A DNA stretch of 64,000 nt from an uncultured cyanobacterium (GTDB lineage: Bacteria; Cyanobacteriota; Cyanobacteriia; Cyanobacteriales; CAWCAG01): NCBI GenBank assembly GCA_963793425.1, contig CAWCAG010000007.1:515217-579216 (forward strand). Reading direction: 5' to 3'. Every line of letters starts with the position of its first letter. Within the stretch, counting starts at the first letter, position 1. This document shows, one piece after another, positions 63,164-64,000 of the stretch. A program made the position numbers and the translations under genes. Under the pieces are notes generated by a model. It ran no database searches. It was not told where the DNA came from and saw nothing but the letters and a program-made list of their open reading frames with translations.

Positions 63164-63490
63164 TTGGGCAAAGCTTGGACAATTCCTTTGTATCGTGGTA
63201 AGCCCAAGGTTTCCCGTGGACACAGAGGCCCTGCTCCTCGTTGGGGTAAACCCTATTCCTCCGCAGTGAAGATTATTTATGTTAACCGCGAAGTAATTAA
63301 AAGAAACCAGAAAGAAAACGAGTTTGAACCAGTAATCAGCCTCAATCAGAGGAATCAAGCCAATATTTACGCTCACCAAGCAGATATTAAAGGCCCTTGT
63401 CGCATAATTTACAGTCCCGATAAATCCAATAGTGGTGGAGTAAGGTTATGGCTAGAAACCTACGGGGAGGTAGAGATGATCTGCTATTGA
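63164..63490 (+). CDS. hypothetical protein
   Basis: 108-aa ORF with a TTG start preceded by AAGGTG. Basic N-terminus. No family recognised. Confidence 0.4.
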   Translation: MGKAWTIPLYRGKPKVSRGHRGPAPRWGKPYSSAVKIIYVNREVIKRNQKENEFEPVISLNQRNQANIYAHQADIKGPCRIIYSPDKSNSGGVRLWLETYGEVEMICY

Positions 63491-63628
63491 TAGAATAATC
63501 ATTCCCCGTATCTCTGGCGCTTCAAGTGAATAGGCAATCTCCATTAGTGACAAATTAAGGTTTTGTATTATTTGTCAATCTCTTTGCGGTAAGCTGATTT
63601 TTTCCTAATACTAATAAAGTGGAGGAGT

Positions 63629-63838
63629 TTGATGGATTGGGAAACATGGGGATTGTATATCATTATTGCTATTCTTATTTCATATTTAACAATAATGGGA
63701 ATATATGCTATTGAAAATGCGAAAAATAGCCTTCAACAAGAAGCAAAGCTACAAGAATTAGAGAGCAGATTGAAGCAGTTAGAAAAGATTTCCCAGCTTA
63801 CAGAAGAAGAGCCGATAAAGACAAGGAATGATGAATAA
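63629..63838 (+). CDS. small single-TM protein with coiled-coil tail
   Basis: 69 aa. One TM helix (WGLYIIIAILISYLTIMGIYAI). TTG start. Confidence 0.4.
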   Translation: MMDWETWGLYIIIAILISYLTIMGIYAIENAKNSLQQEAKLQELESRLKQLEKISQLTEEEPIKTRNDE

Positions 63839-64000
63839 CGATGATAAACAAAATCAAGATGGAACAAACTTTAAGAAAGCGAAAAATATCCTTTCCGACG
63901 TATTGGTAATAGGTAGTCTAGTTCTAATTTTATGTGGGAAAAGCTTTTTGGGCGTTGTAATGGAAGTAATTTATTTTATTATTGCTTATATAGATTTATT
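63828..64000 (+). CDS. partial small membrane protein (runs off the window end)
   Basis: ATG at 63828 overlaps the previous stop by 11 nt. Reads MMNNDDKQNQDGTNFKKAKNILSDVLVIGSLVLILCGKSFLGVVMEVIYFIIAYIDL... with no stop before the window edge. Confidence 0.3.
   Translation, partial: MMNNDDKQNQDGTNFKKAKNILSDVLVIGSLVLILCGKSFLGVVMEVIYFIIAYIDL

Noticed and set aside
62948-63379. Overlapping ORFs 62948-63136 (+) and 62999-63379 (-)
   Set aside because: They are mutually overlapping, low-complexity, and lack an RBS or any recognisable motif. The minus-strand ORF also overlaps the somewhat better-supported 63164-63490.

Overview
AT-rich cyanobacterial chromosome segment. Evidence for the assignment: psbB-psbT, psbK, glgC, a thiC TPP riboswitch, and many HIP1 octamers (GCGATCGC). 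Most of the window is ordinary housekeeping (glgC, hrcA, thiC, panE, gloA, cobS, tgt, rpsA, nrdR, cdsA, cbiT, ychF, rlmB, mrnC, carA) interleaved with large multidomain signalling genes: three histidine-kinase/response-regulator genes, a 1200-aa GAF/GGDEF/EAL protein, and an ECF sigma/anti-sigma pair. The region that stands out is an accessory block at about 4.9-12.0 kb. It holds two toxin genes whose first 110 codons are nearly identical but whose C-termini differ. One has a complete DUF4157 HExxH domain plus an L,D-transpeptidase/Tlde1-like C-terminus. The other breaks off inside DUF4157 and carries an unrecognised C-terminus. Each is followed by a candidate immunity gene (a WG-repeat lipoprotein and a small membrane-anchored protein). 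Divergently transcribed from them is an AAA+ ATPase of the type I associate with contractile-injection-system (Afp15/Pvc15-like) cargo loading. That ATPase is inactivated twice: by a tnpB-only IS200/IS605-family element, whose removal restores the frame exactly, and by a 1-nt T-run frameshift. No sheath, tube or baseplate genes occur anywhere in the 64 kb. A second, internally deleted copy of the same TnpB element lies at 61.1-61.7 kb. It keeps both ends and the presumed omega-RNA region, and carries a nested 71-nt hairpin insert. Other points of interest: an HTH-NACHT STAND NTPase next to a histidine-kinase remnant, a class II Fic protein, a tandem di-globin, and short photosystem genes (psbK, psbT) that fall below the ORF-track cutoff. 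No rRNA, tRNA or CRISPR array was seen. All family assignments come from motif recognition by eye and need HMM or structure confirmation.
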